Below, in pieces: positions 9,551 to 17,959 of a stretch of DNA of 64,000 bases. The notes beneath the pieces are model-generated. The model did not search any database and had not been told where the DNA came from. It was given only the letters and a program-made list of their open reading frames with translations. Numbering within the stretch: position 1 is the stretch's first letter; each line of letters opens with the position of its first letter. Where the stretch lies: NCBI GenBank assembly GCA_026706485.1, contig JAPOYR010000010.1:145798-209797 (forward strand), in the 5' to 3' direction. A program made the translations under genes and the position numbers. The DNA is from Chloroflexota bacterium (GTDB lineage Bacteria; Chloroflexota; UBA11872).

Positions 9551-10498
9551 CTAGGGCGCCGCTTCGAGCGCGCTGCGCTCCAGGCGGTCCAGTGTGCGCC
9601 ATGACGGCAGCAACTCCGCCACCCCGGTGAGCGGCTCGCGTCCCTCCGTCACCGCGCTCACGAACTCCCGGTTCTGGCGCGGCACGGCCAGCATCTGCTC
9701 CTCCTGCGCCACGACCTCCCCGGCATGGTTGACCAGCGCGTCGTGCAGGAAGGTGAATGTGTCTTCCTCGCAGATGAGCACCGTGCGCGTCGTCACCTTG
9801 TCCACCATCGCGTTGTAGGAGAGCACCAGCGACGCGAGTCCGCCTCCGGGAAAGGCCATCTGCATCGACAGGTCCAACGGCACCTGGTTGGGTCCGCTCG
9901 GCGGGCCGTAGAGCCCGCGGGCGACGTGCGGCTCCTCGCCAAACATCCAGACCGCGTTGTCGACCGCGTGGCCGCCGTGGTGCCACAGGATGTCGTCCAC
10001 CCAGCTGCGCCGCCGCCCGGTCCAGCCAATGTTTTCGCGGCGGAAGAAATGCCAATCCCGATGCAAGTGCAAGGGGCGCAGGCTGCCGCGAGCGATGCGC
10101 TCATGCAACCAAAGGTTGGGCGCGTAGTAACGCTCGGTGTGGCAGATCATCAGCGTGATGCCGGCGGCGCGAGCCGCTCGATCCAGCTCCTCGGCCTGGC
10201 CGAGATCCAAGGTCATGGGAATCTCGAGCAGTACGTGCTTGCCCGCCGCGATGGCCGCCATGGCCTGGTCGTAGTGCATCCGATTCGGCGACGTGATGAG
10301 CACCGCGTCGACGTTTGGGCGCGCCAGCGCCTCCGCCAGGTCCGTCGTGGCGAAGTCGGCGCGGCAAGTTTCGGCAAACTCCTGCGCCGACGGCAACAGC
10401 CGGCTCACGACGCTGTCGATGGCCACGCCTTCCATGTCGAGCAGGGCGTCACGGTGAAACGTCGTAATAGCTCCGGAGCCAACAACACAGAAGCGCAT
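9551..10498 (-). CDS. Gfo/Idh/MocA family oxidoreductase
   Basis: N-terminal MRFCVVGSGAI Rossmann fold and the EIPMTLDL motif. The stop lies 4 bp from the HDAC start on the same strand, so the two are probably co-transcribed. Confidence 0.75.
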   Translation of the reverse strand: MRFCVVGSGAITTFHRDALLDMEGVAIDSVVSRLLPSAQEFAETCRADFATTDLAEALARPNVDAVLITSPNRMHYDQAMAAIAAGKHVLLEIPMTLDLGQAEELDRAARAAGITLMICHTERYYAPNLWLHERIARGSLRPLHLHRDWHFFRRENIGWTGRRRSWVDDILWHHGGHAVDNAVWMFGEEPHVARGLYGPPSGPNQVPLDLSMQMAFPGGGLASLVLSYNAMVDKVTTRTVLICEEDTFTFLHDALVNHAGEVVAQEEQMLAVPRQNREFVSAVTEGREPLTGVAELLPSWRTLDRLERSALEAAP

Positions 10499-10616
10499 AG
10501 GCGGATGATCCTGCGGCGCAAGCGGTTCCCTAAGGTAGCGCGCCGGTCAACGCGTGAGCTACGGACCCGCGAAGCGCTTCAAGCCAGGCGCGGACGCGCC
10601 CTCCGTCATGGTGCTG

Positions 10617-11918
10617 CTAGGCGAACGCGACGTACCGGATCCAGATCCAAGCGGTGGAGATGGCCATGCACACTACCGCGACCGGCACGCCGTACTTCAT
10701 GAACTGCCCAAAGCCGATCTTGTGGCCTTCGCGCTCGGCGATTCCGGCGAGAATCACGTTGGCCGACGCGCCGATGATCGTGGCGTTGCCGCCAAGGTCG
10801 GCACCGAGCGCCAGCGACCACCAGAGGATGTTGTCGGGATTGAGTCCGGCGGCCTCGAGATTCTGCACCACCGGCAGCATCGTGGCGGCAAACGGGATGT
10901 TGTCGACAATGGCCGACGCGATGCCGCTCACCCAGATGGTCAGCGCCGCCGTGGCGAACACGTTGCCCTGGGTCAGGTCGCGAATGAAGTTGGCGACGGC
11001 GTCCAGCACCCCGAGCTCCACCAGGCCGCCGACCATCACGAACAGGCCGACGAAAAACATCACACTGGGCCACTCGACCGCGGCGAAGGCCTTGTGCGGA
11101 TTGGCCCGCATCAGCAACATCCCCAGCGCGGCGCCGCCGAGCGCGATAGTGGCGGGCTCCCAGTTCAGCGCGCCGTGAATCAGAAAGCCGACGACCGTGA
11201 GGCCAAGCACGGCCAGCCCGATCTTCAGGCCGCGGCGGTCCGTGATGTACTCCGCCGGATCCAGCTTGGCCAGCGCGGCGGCGTGCACAGGATCAACCGC
11301 GAGTTGCTTGCCAAACATCCAGCGCAGGCTCACCAGGAACAACGGCAGCATGATCAGAATCGGCGGGGTCATGTGGGCCGCGAACTCCGCGAAGTCGATG
11401 TTTCCGGCGCTGCCGATGAGGATGTTGGGCGGATCGCCGATCAGCGTGGCCGCACCGCCGATGTTTGACGCCAAGATTTCGGCGATGAACAGCGGCACCG
11501 GATTGATGTGCAGCTGGCGCGCCACCACCAACGTAATCGGCGCGATGAGAATGACCGTCGTGACGTTGTCGAGAAACGCGGAGAGCACGGCGGTGATAAC
11601 CGACAGCGTCACCGCCAAATGGAATCCATTGCCGCCCGTGCGTTGCGCGGCGACGATCGCGAGGTACTGAAAGGCGCCCGTCTCGCTGATCAATCCCGCC
11701 AACACCATCATGCCGACGAGCAAAAAGATCACGTTGAGATCGATGTGCTCGAAGCCGTGGTGCTGATCCATGATGCCGATCATGATCATCAGCACGGCGC
11801 CCGCGACGGCTACCGCCGACTTGGGCACGCGGTCGCTGGCAATCGCGGCGTAGGCGAGCACGAAGATCACGATTCCGGCGACGAGGAGCGCGGTGCCGGG
11901 CTCAGCGTGTTCGGTCAT
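10617..11918 (-). CDS. ArsB/NhaD-superfamily anion permease (arsenical pump / citrate transporter-like)
   Basis: 433-aa polytopic membrane protein with the duplicated hairpin motifs of this family (GDPPNILIGSAG..., GGNATIIGASANVILAG). Confidence 0.75.
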   Translation of the reverse strand: MTEHAEPGTALLVAGIVIFVLAYAAIASDRVPKSAVAVAGAVLMIMIGIMDQHHGFEHIDLNVIFLLVGMMVLAGLISETGAFQYLAIVAAQRTGGNGFHLAVTLSVITAVLSAFLDNVTTVILIAPITLVVARQLHINPVPLFIAEILASNIGGAATLIGDPPNILIGSAGNIDFAEFAAHMTPPILIMLPLFLVSLRWMFGKQLAVDPVHAAALAKLDPAEYITDRRGLKIGLAVLGLTVVGFLIHGALNWEPATIALGGAALGMLLMRANPHKAFAAVEWPSVMFFVGLFVMVGGLVELGVLDAVANFIRDLTQGNVFATAALTIWVSGIASAIVDNIPFAATMLPVVQNLEAAGLNPDNILWWSLALGADLGGNATIIGASANVILAGIAEREGHKIGFGQFMKYGVPVAVVCMAISTAWIWIRYVAFA

Positions 11919-12037
11919 GGCGTCCGTTCAGGTCGGGAGCGGCGCGTCGAACGCCGCGGGCGGCACAACGCCAGCCGGCATGCCCGCAGGCACAGACCAG
12001 GCTGGCCAGCGCCATCGTAGCCTGTCGGGAGGCGCTG

Positions 12038-12805
12038 TCACCTCGTCAGCACCTCCAGCACTGGGGGCAGCGCGGCTCGAAGGCCGCCAAGGCCGTCGCC
12101 CAAGTCGCGTCGAAACCGGGCCGCCTCGCCAAGCTCAAGGGGCAGGCGCCACACGTCGAATGCCTGGGGCCACCAGGCCGCGCCATCGAGCCATGCCAGC
12201 GCAGCGACCGAACGGGGCACGCCGCGATCAACCGGATCGGCCACGACGCGCAATGCAGCGGCGGGAACGCTGTGAGCGCTCGCCCGGTCGAGCACGGCAA
12301 ACGACTCAGTGTCGACCGTCAACGCGCCGTCCGCGCCCAGTCGCCGCTTCGCCGCCGCGTCCGCCACACCGTCCATCGTCCAGCCGTCCCCGCGTCGCGC
12401 CTTGACGCCGGCGTTGCCCAGCGCCGAATCCATGGCATCGGCAAGGTTCGAAGCGGCCGCGATGCGGGATTGAAGGGAACACACGGCGTTGAGCACGACG
12501 GATGTTCCGGGCGCAACGTCGGGCTGCAGGCCCCCGGCAATTCCCGCGACCAGTACCGCCGCCGGCCGCCACCGGGCAATTGCCGCTTCCGCCGCGCGCG
12601 CCGCGTTGACCGGACCGATGCCGCACCGCACGGCAACAACGGGTGGAGGCTCACTCTTCAGCGCTCGGCGCCACCTCGACCCATGCCGAACCGACCCGGG
12701 AAGCTGACGCATCTCGGCGCGAAGCGCCATCACCACTAATACCGGGCCCGTCTCGCTCACGCGATCATCGCTTGCGTGGGAACTAGCGCGGGGTCGATGA
12801 TGCAA
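12038..12805 (-). CDS. PNP_UDP_1 phosphorylase-family protein (MTA/SAH nucleosidase- or futalosine hydrolase-like)
   Basis: VLVVMALRAEM...AVRCGIGPVNAARAAEAAIARWRPAAVLVAGIAGGL pattern typical of nucleosidase/phosphorylase family 1. The exact start is uncertain. Confidence 0.6.
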   Translation of the reverse strand: MHHRPRASSHASDDRVSETGPVLVVMALRAEMRQLPGSVRHGSRWRRALKSEPPPVVAVRCGIGPVNAARAAEAAIARWRPAAVLVAGIAGGLQPDVAPGTSVVLNAVCSLQSRIAAASNLADAMDSALGNAGVKARRGDGWTMDGVADAAAKRRLGADGALTVDTESFAVLDRASAHSVPAAALRVVADPVDRGVPRSVAALAWLDGAAWWPQAFDVWRLPLELGEAARFRRDLGDGLGGLRAALPPVLEVLTR

Positions 12806-12837
12806 ACCGTCCCAGACCCTGTGAAAGTCCGGCAGCC

Positions 12838-14040
12838 ATGGCCTCCGCCCACGCTCTCCGCTGGTTCAACGACGCCCGCTTCGGCATGTTCATTCACTGG
12901 GGGCTCTACTCCGTGCTCGCCCGCCACGAGTGGACCATGTACCAGGAGGAAATTCCCAACGAGGAGTACGCCCGCCTGGCCGACCGGTTCACCGCCGCCC
13001 GCTACTCCCCGGACGATTGGGTCGCGCTCGCCCAGGATACGGGCATGCGCTACATGATCCTGACCTCGCGCCATCACGAAGGCTTCGCGCTCTGGGATTC
13101 GAAGGTCTCGAACTTCACGGCGCCCAACTCCGCCGCCGGACGGGACGTATTGGCCGAGTTCGTGGCCGCTTGCCAGAAGCGGCGCATGCCCTATGGCTTC
13201 TACTACTCCCTGCTGGACTGGCGCTGGCCGGAATATTTCCGTGGCCCGCAGGCCGACCCCGACGGCTGGGCGCGGTTTCGGGCCTACGTGCACGCGCAGG
13301 TCGAAGAGCTGTGCACCGACTATGGCGAGCTTGCCGTGCTTTGGTATGACGGCGGCTGGCCGTACACGCCGGAGGCCTGGGACTCCGCGGCGCTCAACGC
13401 CCGCGTCCGCGAGCTGCAGCCGAACATCTTGATCAACGACCGGTCGCTGCTGCCCGAAGATTTCGACACGCCGGAGCAGCACGTCACCGCGTCGCCCCCG
13501 GGCCGCCCCTGGGAGAGCTGCATGACCATGAACACCACCTGGGGCTATTCCACCATCGACCACGAGTGGCGCACGCCGCGGCAGCTGATTCATTTTCTCG
13601 TCACCGCCGCCGCGGGCGGAGGCAACTACCTGCTCAACGTCGGGCCCGAACCGGACGGGCACATCCCGTTCGAGTCCGTGGAGCGGCTGCGGGCCATGGG
13701 CGCTTGGATGCGGGTCAACAGCGAATCGATCTACGGCTCCGAGCGCATGCCCGATCGCCTCATGCGCGTGGGCAGCGTCGGACGGCATCACACCATCAAG
13801 GGCAATACGCTCTACCTGCACTGCTGGCGCTGGCCGGGCCGGGAGATGGTGCTGGGCAATTTGGACGGCACCTTGCTCTCAGCGCGGTTCCTGTATGACG
13901 GCACCCCCATCGACTTCGACCAGCGCCAGAACCGCATCTGGCTGCGCGACCTGCCGGCATTCGCCCCCGACCCCATCGACACCGTCATCGCCCTGGACTT
14001 CGACCGCCGCCCCGGCCTGCGCAATCGGTTCGGAGGGTAG
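12838..14040 (+). CDS. alpha-L-fucosidase (glycoside hydrolase family 29)
   Basis: GH29 N-terminal motifs (FGMFIHWGLYSV, YMILTSRHHEGFALWDS, YGFYYSLLDW). 400 aa. Confidence 0.85.
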   Translation: MASAHALRWFNDARFGMFIHWGLYSVLARHEWTMYQEEIPNEEYARLADRFTAARYSPDDWVALAQDTGMRYMILTSRHHEGFALWDSKVSNFTAPNSAAGRDVLAEFVAACQKRRMPYGFYYSLLDWRWPEYFRGPQADPDGWARFRAYVHAQVEELCTDYGELAVLWYDGGWPYTPEAWDSAALNARVRELQPNILINDRSLLPEDFDTPEQHVTASPPGRPWESCMTMNTTWGYSTIDHEWRTPRQLIHFLVTAAAGGGNYLLNVGPEPDGHIPFESVERLRAMGAWMRVNSESIYGSERMPDRLMRVGSVGRHHTIKGNTLYLHCWRWPGREMVLGNLDGTLLSARFLYDGTPIDFDQRQNRIWLRDLPAFAPDPIDTVIALDFDRRPGLRNRFGG

Positions 14041-14140
14041 GCACGGGATTCAAGCCCGACCGCCGCCAAGCATCCGGCGCGCCTCCAGGTTCGACCGGAC
14101 TGGATTCCGGCTCCCCGGCCTCGGAGACCCTTGCGTAACC

Positions 14141-14300
14141 CTTCGTCATTCCCGCGAAGGCGGGAATCCACCCTTCGTTGAATCTGGGCGCGGAAGCGAT
14201 GCGCACGGTCATCCCAAAGCCCGGCTGGGTCTTGCAATGGTCTCCCTTCGCGGGGACAGGCTCTGCCGGAATGACGGAGAGATAGCGCAAGGATCTTCCT
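14141..14300. repeat. intergenic palindromic repeat element, copy 1 (core ATTCCC-GCGAAGGC-GGGAAT at 14148..14167)
   Basis: Related copies occur at 57071..57130 and 63226..63330, with a partial match at 17823..17858. The shared ~100 bp reads gtcattcccgcgaaggcgggaatccaccc...gcacggtcatcc...tcttgcaa, and this copy has an inverted terminal match (cgtcattcc / ggaatgacg). Confidence 0.7.
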
Positions 14301-14408
14301 TCGCGGAATTGACCGACTCAGCGCAGGCCATTACCGGGAGCACCGGGAATTGCTCGTGGTAAGGTATCCGGGCGCGGTCGTCGGAGTGACGGTCGCGCGG
14401 CGGGAGGC

Positions 14409-15317
14409 ATGGAGCGTCAGTCCGTGCGCCGTGTCTCCGCGGTTCTGTTGGTCGCATTCGTGGTCGGTGTGGGCGTGCAGAGCGCCTGCGCCGGCGACCG
14501 CGTCGAGCAATTCCCGACCGGTCAGACTCTGGTCGTTCCCGCCCCTGGGGCTGCTTGGTTCCGCGTCCCGGAGGCGGCCGCCCTCAGGCCGGCCGTTGAG
14601 CCATTCCACATTCCGGCGGCGGTCGTAACCGCGCCGGTGACTCCCGCGCCGATCGCCGGGTGGTCGAGCACGTCCACACCGGCCGTAGCCGCGCCAGCCA
14701 CTCCAGCGTCGACCGCCGCGCCGGCCCCAGCTCCGCCGCCAGTCGTAACGGCGTCGGCCACTCCCGTAGCGACCGCCGCGCCGACCCGTGCTTCTACGCC
14801 AGCCGTCACCGCGTCGACCACTCCCGCACCAACTGCCGCGCCGTCCCCCACTCCCACGCCAGCCGTAGCCGCGTCGGTCACGCCCGCACCGACCGTCGCT
14901 CCGACTCGCACCCGCGAGCCGGACACCGGTTCACGGGGCCCTGGCTCGCGGGCACCGCGATCGGAGGTTCCAGGGTTAATTCCAGTGCCGGCGCTTGGCA
15001 ACCCCGAGGCGGAGTGCGAAGCCCTGGCGGATACCTACACCGCCGCGCACCAGTTCTATCAGGCCGGCACGGTGACGAGCAGCACGGCTTGGAATGACTA
15101 CCTCACCGCACACAACTCCGGCCAGGTCAGTCAGGCAAGGGTCTCGCGGCTGCAGCAGTCGTATGAACGGCTCTCGGCGAACCTCGATCGCTCGCTCGCG
15201 ACCATGGCTGCCAGCGAGCAAGCCGCGCACGAATTCGAGGCCCAGCAAAGGGGTCGGTGCGATGTCGATCAGGTCGCAGGCCAGCGCTACCGTGGCTTGC
15301 CGCCGCCGCAAGGCTGA
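14409..15317 (+). CDS. secreted hypothetical protein with Pro/Ala/Thr-rich tandem-repeat linker
   Basis: N-terminal signal peptide (VSAVLLVAFVVGVGVQSACAG), then a low-complexity PT/A-rich region encoded by five tandem 60-bp repeats, then a non-repetitive C-terminal domain. Confidence 0.6.
   Translation: MERQSVRRVSAVLLVAFVVGVGVQSACAGDRVEQFPTGQTLVVPAPGAAWFRVPEAAALRPAVEPFHIPAAVVTAPVTPAPIAGWSSTSTPAVAAPATPASTAAPAPAPPPVVTASATPVATAAPTRASTPAVTASTTPAPTAAPSPTPTPAVAASVTPAPTVAPTRTREPDTGSRGPGSRAPRSEVPGLIPVPALGNPEAECEALADTYTAAHQFYQAGTVTSSTAWNDYLTAHNSGQVSQARVSRLQQSYERLSANLDRSLATMAASEQAAHEFEAQQRGRCDVDQVAGQRYRGLPPPQG
14619..14918 (+). repeat. tandem repeat, 5 x ~60 bp (imperfect), in-frame inside CDS 14409..15317
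   Basis: The units are ccRgYcgtMRccgcgYcRgYcacKccc... and encode ~20-aa PAVTAS-TPAPTAAP-type repeats. The five copies can be aligned by eye. Confidence 0.8.
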
Positions 15318-15340
15318 GCGCCCGGCCGGTTTCCCGGAAG

Positions 15341-15784
15341 CTAACCGAGGATGCCCGGCTCTCCGATCCAACGGACATTCCGGGCAGCCTGGCGTGCCGC
15401 GCGGTGGAATCTCTCGTCGGCGGTCCACAGCTCGCAATTGAGCGTCTCGGCCAGAGCTAGGTAGTGGGCGTCGTAGACCGCCCCCTGTTGAAGTTCGGTT
15501 GCCAACGCTAGGGCTCTTGCGTGTAGCTCTACCGACTGGTGCAACTCAAGCCGCGAGCTAAGCAATTGCGAGATCATGCGAGCGGTGTCTCCGACGCTCA
15601 ACTGATTGCGAGTCACCCGTCGATGGAGAGCGTTGGCGACCTCGAAGGGCAACAGGTAGGGAGCGGCCGGTGTGACCTCATCGTCATGCCATGCGCTGAG
15701 AATCACCAAAGCCCTGTCCGTGTGCTCCTCTCGCACCAACCACTTGACGGCCACGCTCGCATCGACGACGACATATCCGCTCAC
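15341..15784 (-). CDS. vapC: type II toxin-antitoxin system VapC-family toxin (PIN domain)
   Basis: PIN-domain N-terminus (VVVDASVAVKWLVREEH) with conserved acidic residues. The GTG start at 15784 overlaps the antitoxin stop (GTGA), and the ORF-track start is 15790. Confidence 0.75.
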   Translation of the reverse strand: MSGYVVVDASVAVKWLVREEHTDRALVILSAWHDDEVTPAAPYLLPFEVANALHRRVTRNQLSVGDTARMISQLLSSRLELHQSVELHARALALATELQQGAVYDAHYLALAETLNCELWTADERFHRAARQAARNVRWIGEPGILG

Positions 15785-16083
15785 ACCCACCGCTCAATCT
15801 CGGTTTCCCTAATCTCACGGGCCTCTCGAATCAGGTCAGCAGAGTTTCCGGGCAAAGTCCTGTCCCCGAGTATCTCGATCTGGAGTTCTGCGAACCGCTC
15901 GTGGTCGGGCTTGTCCGACAACAGTCCGCCCAAGCCGTTGGCCTCGTCCCTTGTCAATTCCCGGTCGATTGCGGCCTGGCAGTACCCACGCATGCTGACG
16001 CCCTTTATCGCGGCCATGACCTTCAGTCGGCGCTGAAAGCCGGGCTCCAGATCCAGGGTGAGTCGCTTCTTCCGGGCAGCCAT
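15781..16083 (-). CDS. vapB: type II toxin-antitoxin system antitoxin (ribbon-helix-helix / plasmid-stability-type)
   Basis: Small protein (MAARKKRLTLDLEPGFQRRLKVMAAIKGVSMRGYCQAAIDRELTRDE) immediately upstream of, and overlapping, the PIN toxin. Local GC is lower than in the flanks. Confidence 0.65.
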   Translation of the reverse strand: MAARKKRLTLDLEPGFQRRLKVMAAIKGVSMRGYCQAAIDRELTRDEANGLGGLLSDKPDHERFAELQIEILGDRTLPGNSADLIREAREIRETEIERWV

Positions 16084-16267
16084 TGGCGTCCCCTCCCGAC
16101 GATTTCGGTCGCCGCCAAGCATAGTGCAAATACGGAAAAGCGTGTTTCCGCAGCAATCCTCGCAAGGGCAGGTACACGACAGCCTCGCCGCTTAGCCCTC
16201 ACGACCCGCCGGATCACTCAGTCTGAGCAACGAATCTGCTCGAAGCTGCGCGGCTACTTGCCTTAGC

Positions 16268-16990
16268 TCAGATCGAAACCTCGGTGATATTCAGCCCGTC
16301 GTCGTTCACGTCCACTACCAGGAATCCCTGATGGGCGTTTACGCTCAGGTTGGCTCGGTCCGGGCCGAGGGTGATCCAGGTCGATGGCGCCGTCTCGCTG
16401 CGGATGCCGCCCACCGTGGCGCTCGTGCGCTGGTGCACGTGCCCCGAGAAGATTCCCAGGACGCGACTGTGATGCTGCAAGACTTCCGCCAACTCGTCGG
16501 CATTCCGCAGGCAAACAGCGTCCAGCCACTCGATGCCGATTGGGTGGCAGTGGTGATGGACGAACACCACGGTTGACTCGCGGTTGCGGGCGGCCAGCGT
16601 GTCATGGAGCCAATCAAGTTGCTCGGCCCCCAAATGACCCCCGCCTGCACCGCCTCCAGGGTTGGAGTTGAGCACCACCAGCTGCACCCCGCGGCGGACG
16701 ACGGCGTAGTAGCCATCGGGCGCGCCCGCCGGCTCGACATCACTCGGAAGCGGGAGCGCGTCGGCCAGCATCGCTCGGTCGTCGTGATTTCCCTGCACGA
16801 AAAGCTGCGGCATCGGCACGTCACGCGTGATGCGGACGAATTCGGCATAGGCCGCTGGGCTGGGCGTGCTCGTCTGGTCGCCAAGATACACGACGAGCTC
16901 CGGCGCCGGACGGATACCGGACAGCCTGCGCACCGCCGCTTCCAGATTGACCCGTGCATCCACCCCGTGCTGCGGCGCCGCGCCGGGCAC
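16268..16990 (-). CDS. metallophosphoesterase (calcineurin-like; CpdA-type cyclic nucleotide phosphodiesterase-like)
   Basis: GNHD, GHVH and related phosphoesterase motifs are present. The first conserved motif (LRFAILSDAHIL) is encoded in-frame upstream of the first ATG/GTG/TTG, and the frame is open to 17098. The probable true start is CTG 17026, which gives 16268..17026. Confidence 0.7.
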   Translation of the reverse strand: MPGAAPQHGVDARVNLEAAVRRLSGIRPAPELVVYLGDQTSTPSPAAYAEFVRITRDVPMPQLFVQGNHDDRAMLADALPLPSDVEPAGAPDGYYAVVRRGVQLVVLNSNPGGGAGGGHLGAEQLDWLHDTLAARNRESTVVFVHHHCHPIGIEWLDAVCLRNADELAEVLQHHSRVLGIFSGHVHQRTSATVGGIRSETAPSTWITLGPDRANLSVNAHQGFLVVDVNDDGLNITEVSI

Positions 16991-17040
16991 AAGGATGTGG
17001 GCGTCGCTCAGGATGGCGAAGCGCAGGTTGCGCGACTCGT

Positions 17041-17667
17041 CTATGGCGCGGCCTCGGGCCCGCGGTCCACGTAATCGCGGTAGAACTCGCGCACCCGGTC
17101 AGGGTCGAAGCTGTCCATGGGCTCCTGCCAGTGCCAGGCGACGAGCATGTACTTGGGCACGAGGCCTGCATAGGGCAGGGCGATCAGCTTCACCTCGCCA
17201 AATGCGGCGTTGGGAAGGTCCGCATAGATATTCTCCAATTCCGGCACTACCTCGTCACAGTCGGTATCACAGCGATACAGCAGCGCGATAGCTCCGTGCT
17301 CCAGGTTGTGCACCCACAGACCTTCCTCGACCGGCCGTTCGTAAACCCCATAGGGGGCGGTGATGGGGTAATGGGTTCCAGACGCCGGCGGGACATTGGC
17401 GTACTCGATGGGCGTCCCCACGGGAACGTGCAGGCGGCCTTCATCGTCGATCCGAACGCGCCGGGCGGCCACTTCGGCGGACGGCGTGTTCGAAACGATC
17501 AAGAGAACGATCAGCGCGGCGACGCCGCCCACCACGAGCAGCACGCCGCCGCTGATCAGCGAGCGGCGAATCCAGCGGCGACGCCGGGCGATTCGCTGCC
17601 GCTCCTGACGAGCCTCGCGACGACGTTCGAGTTTGACCGCCGCCCTGGTCCCGCGTCGCCTCGCCAC
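17041..17667 (-). CDS. DUF3105 domain-containing membrane-anchored protein
   Basis: Arg-rich N-terminal tail, one TM helix (LISGGVLLVVGGVAALIVLLIV), then a domain with the HNLEHG motif typical of DUF3105. Confidence 0.6.
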   Translation of the reverse strand: MARRRGTRAAVKLERRREARQERQRIARRRRWIRRSLISGGVLLVVGGVAALIVLLIVSNTPSAEVAARRVRIDDEGRLHVPVGTPIEYANVPPASGTHYPITAPYGVYERPVEEGLWVHNLEHGAIALLYRCDTDCDEVVPELENIYADLPNAAFGEVKLIALPYAGLVPKYMLVAWHWQEPMDSFDPDRVREFYRDYVDRGPEAAP

Positions 17668-17822
17668 GGCGTCTCCCGTCTGACACTTCGTTCATGCGAT
17701 TGTGCCACCGGCTGCGTGGCCGGCCGGGGCGCGGAAATATGACCGTCCACCAGAGGCGCCCCTACATCGCCCGCCGGGAGATGAAGCCGTGACCCTCGGA
17801 TGGCCACATGCGTGGGCGCCGT

Positions 17823-17858
17823 TCGTGGTGAGCCCTTCGGCGGGCTCAGGACAGGCTC
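17823..17858. repeat. partial copy of the palindromic repeat family (cccttcggcgggctcaggacaggctctgtcg)
   Basis: About 25 of 30 positions match the 14236..14268 segment of copy 1. It lies in the divergent DUF3105/gnd intergenic region. Confidence 0.4.
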
Positions 17859-17959
17859 TGTCGAACCATGACCGGCGCCCTTCGACTTCGCTCAGCGCGA
17901 GCGGATAATGGCGCCAGGCGCCGCCAGTACACCTAACGCTCTGAGAGGACCACCGCGTC

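Noticed and set aside
10554-11468. 304-aa plus-strand ORF inside the ArsB/NhaD permease region
   Set aside because: It lies antisense to a polytopic membrane protein with a strong family signature, and the product is a charged, His/Arg-rich non-protein-like sequence.
12757-13821. 354-aa minus-strand ORF covering the fucosidase locus
   Set aside because: The plus-strand GH29 alpha-L-fucosidase has unmistakable motifs, and the minus-strand product is low complexity.
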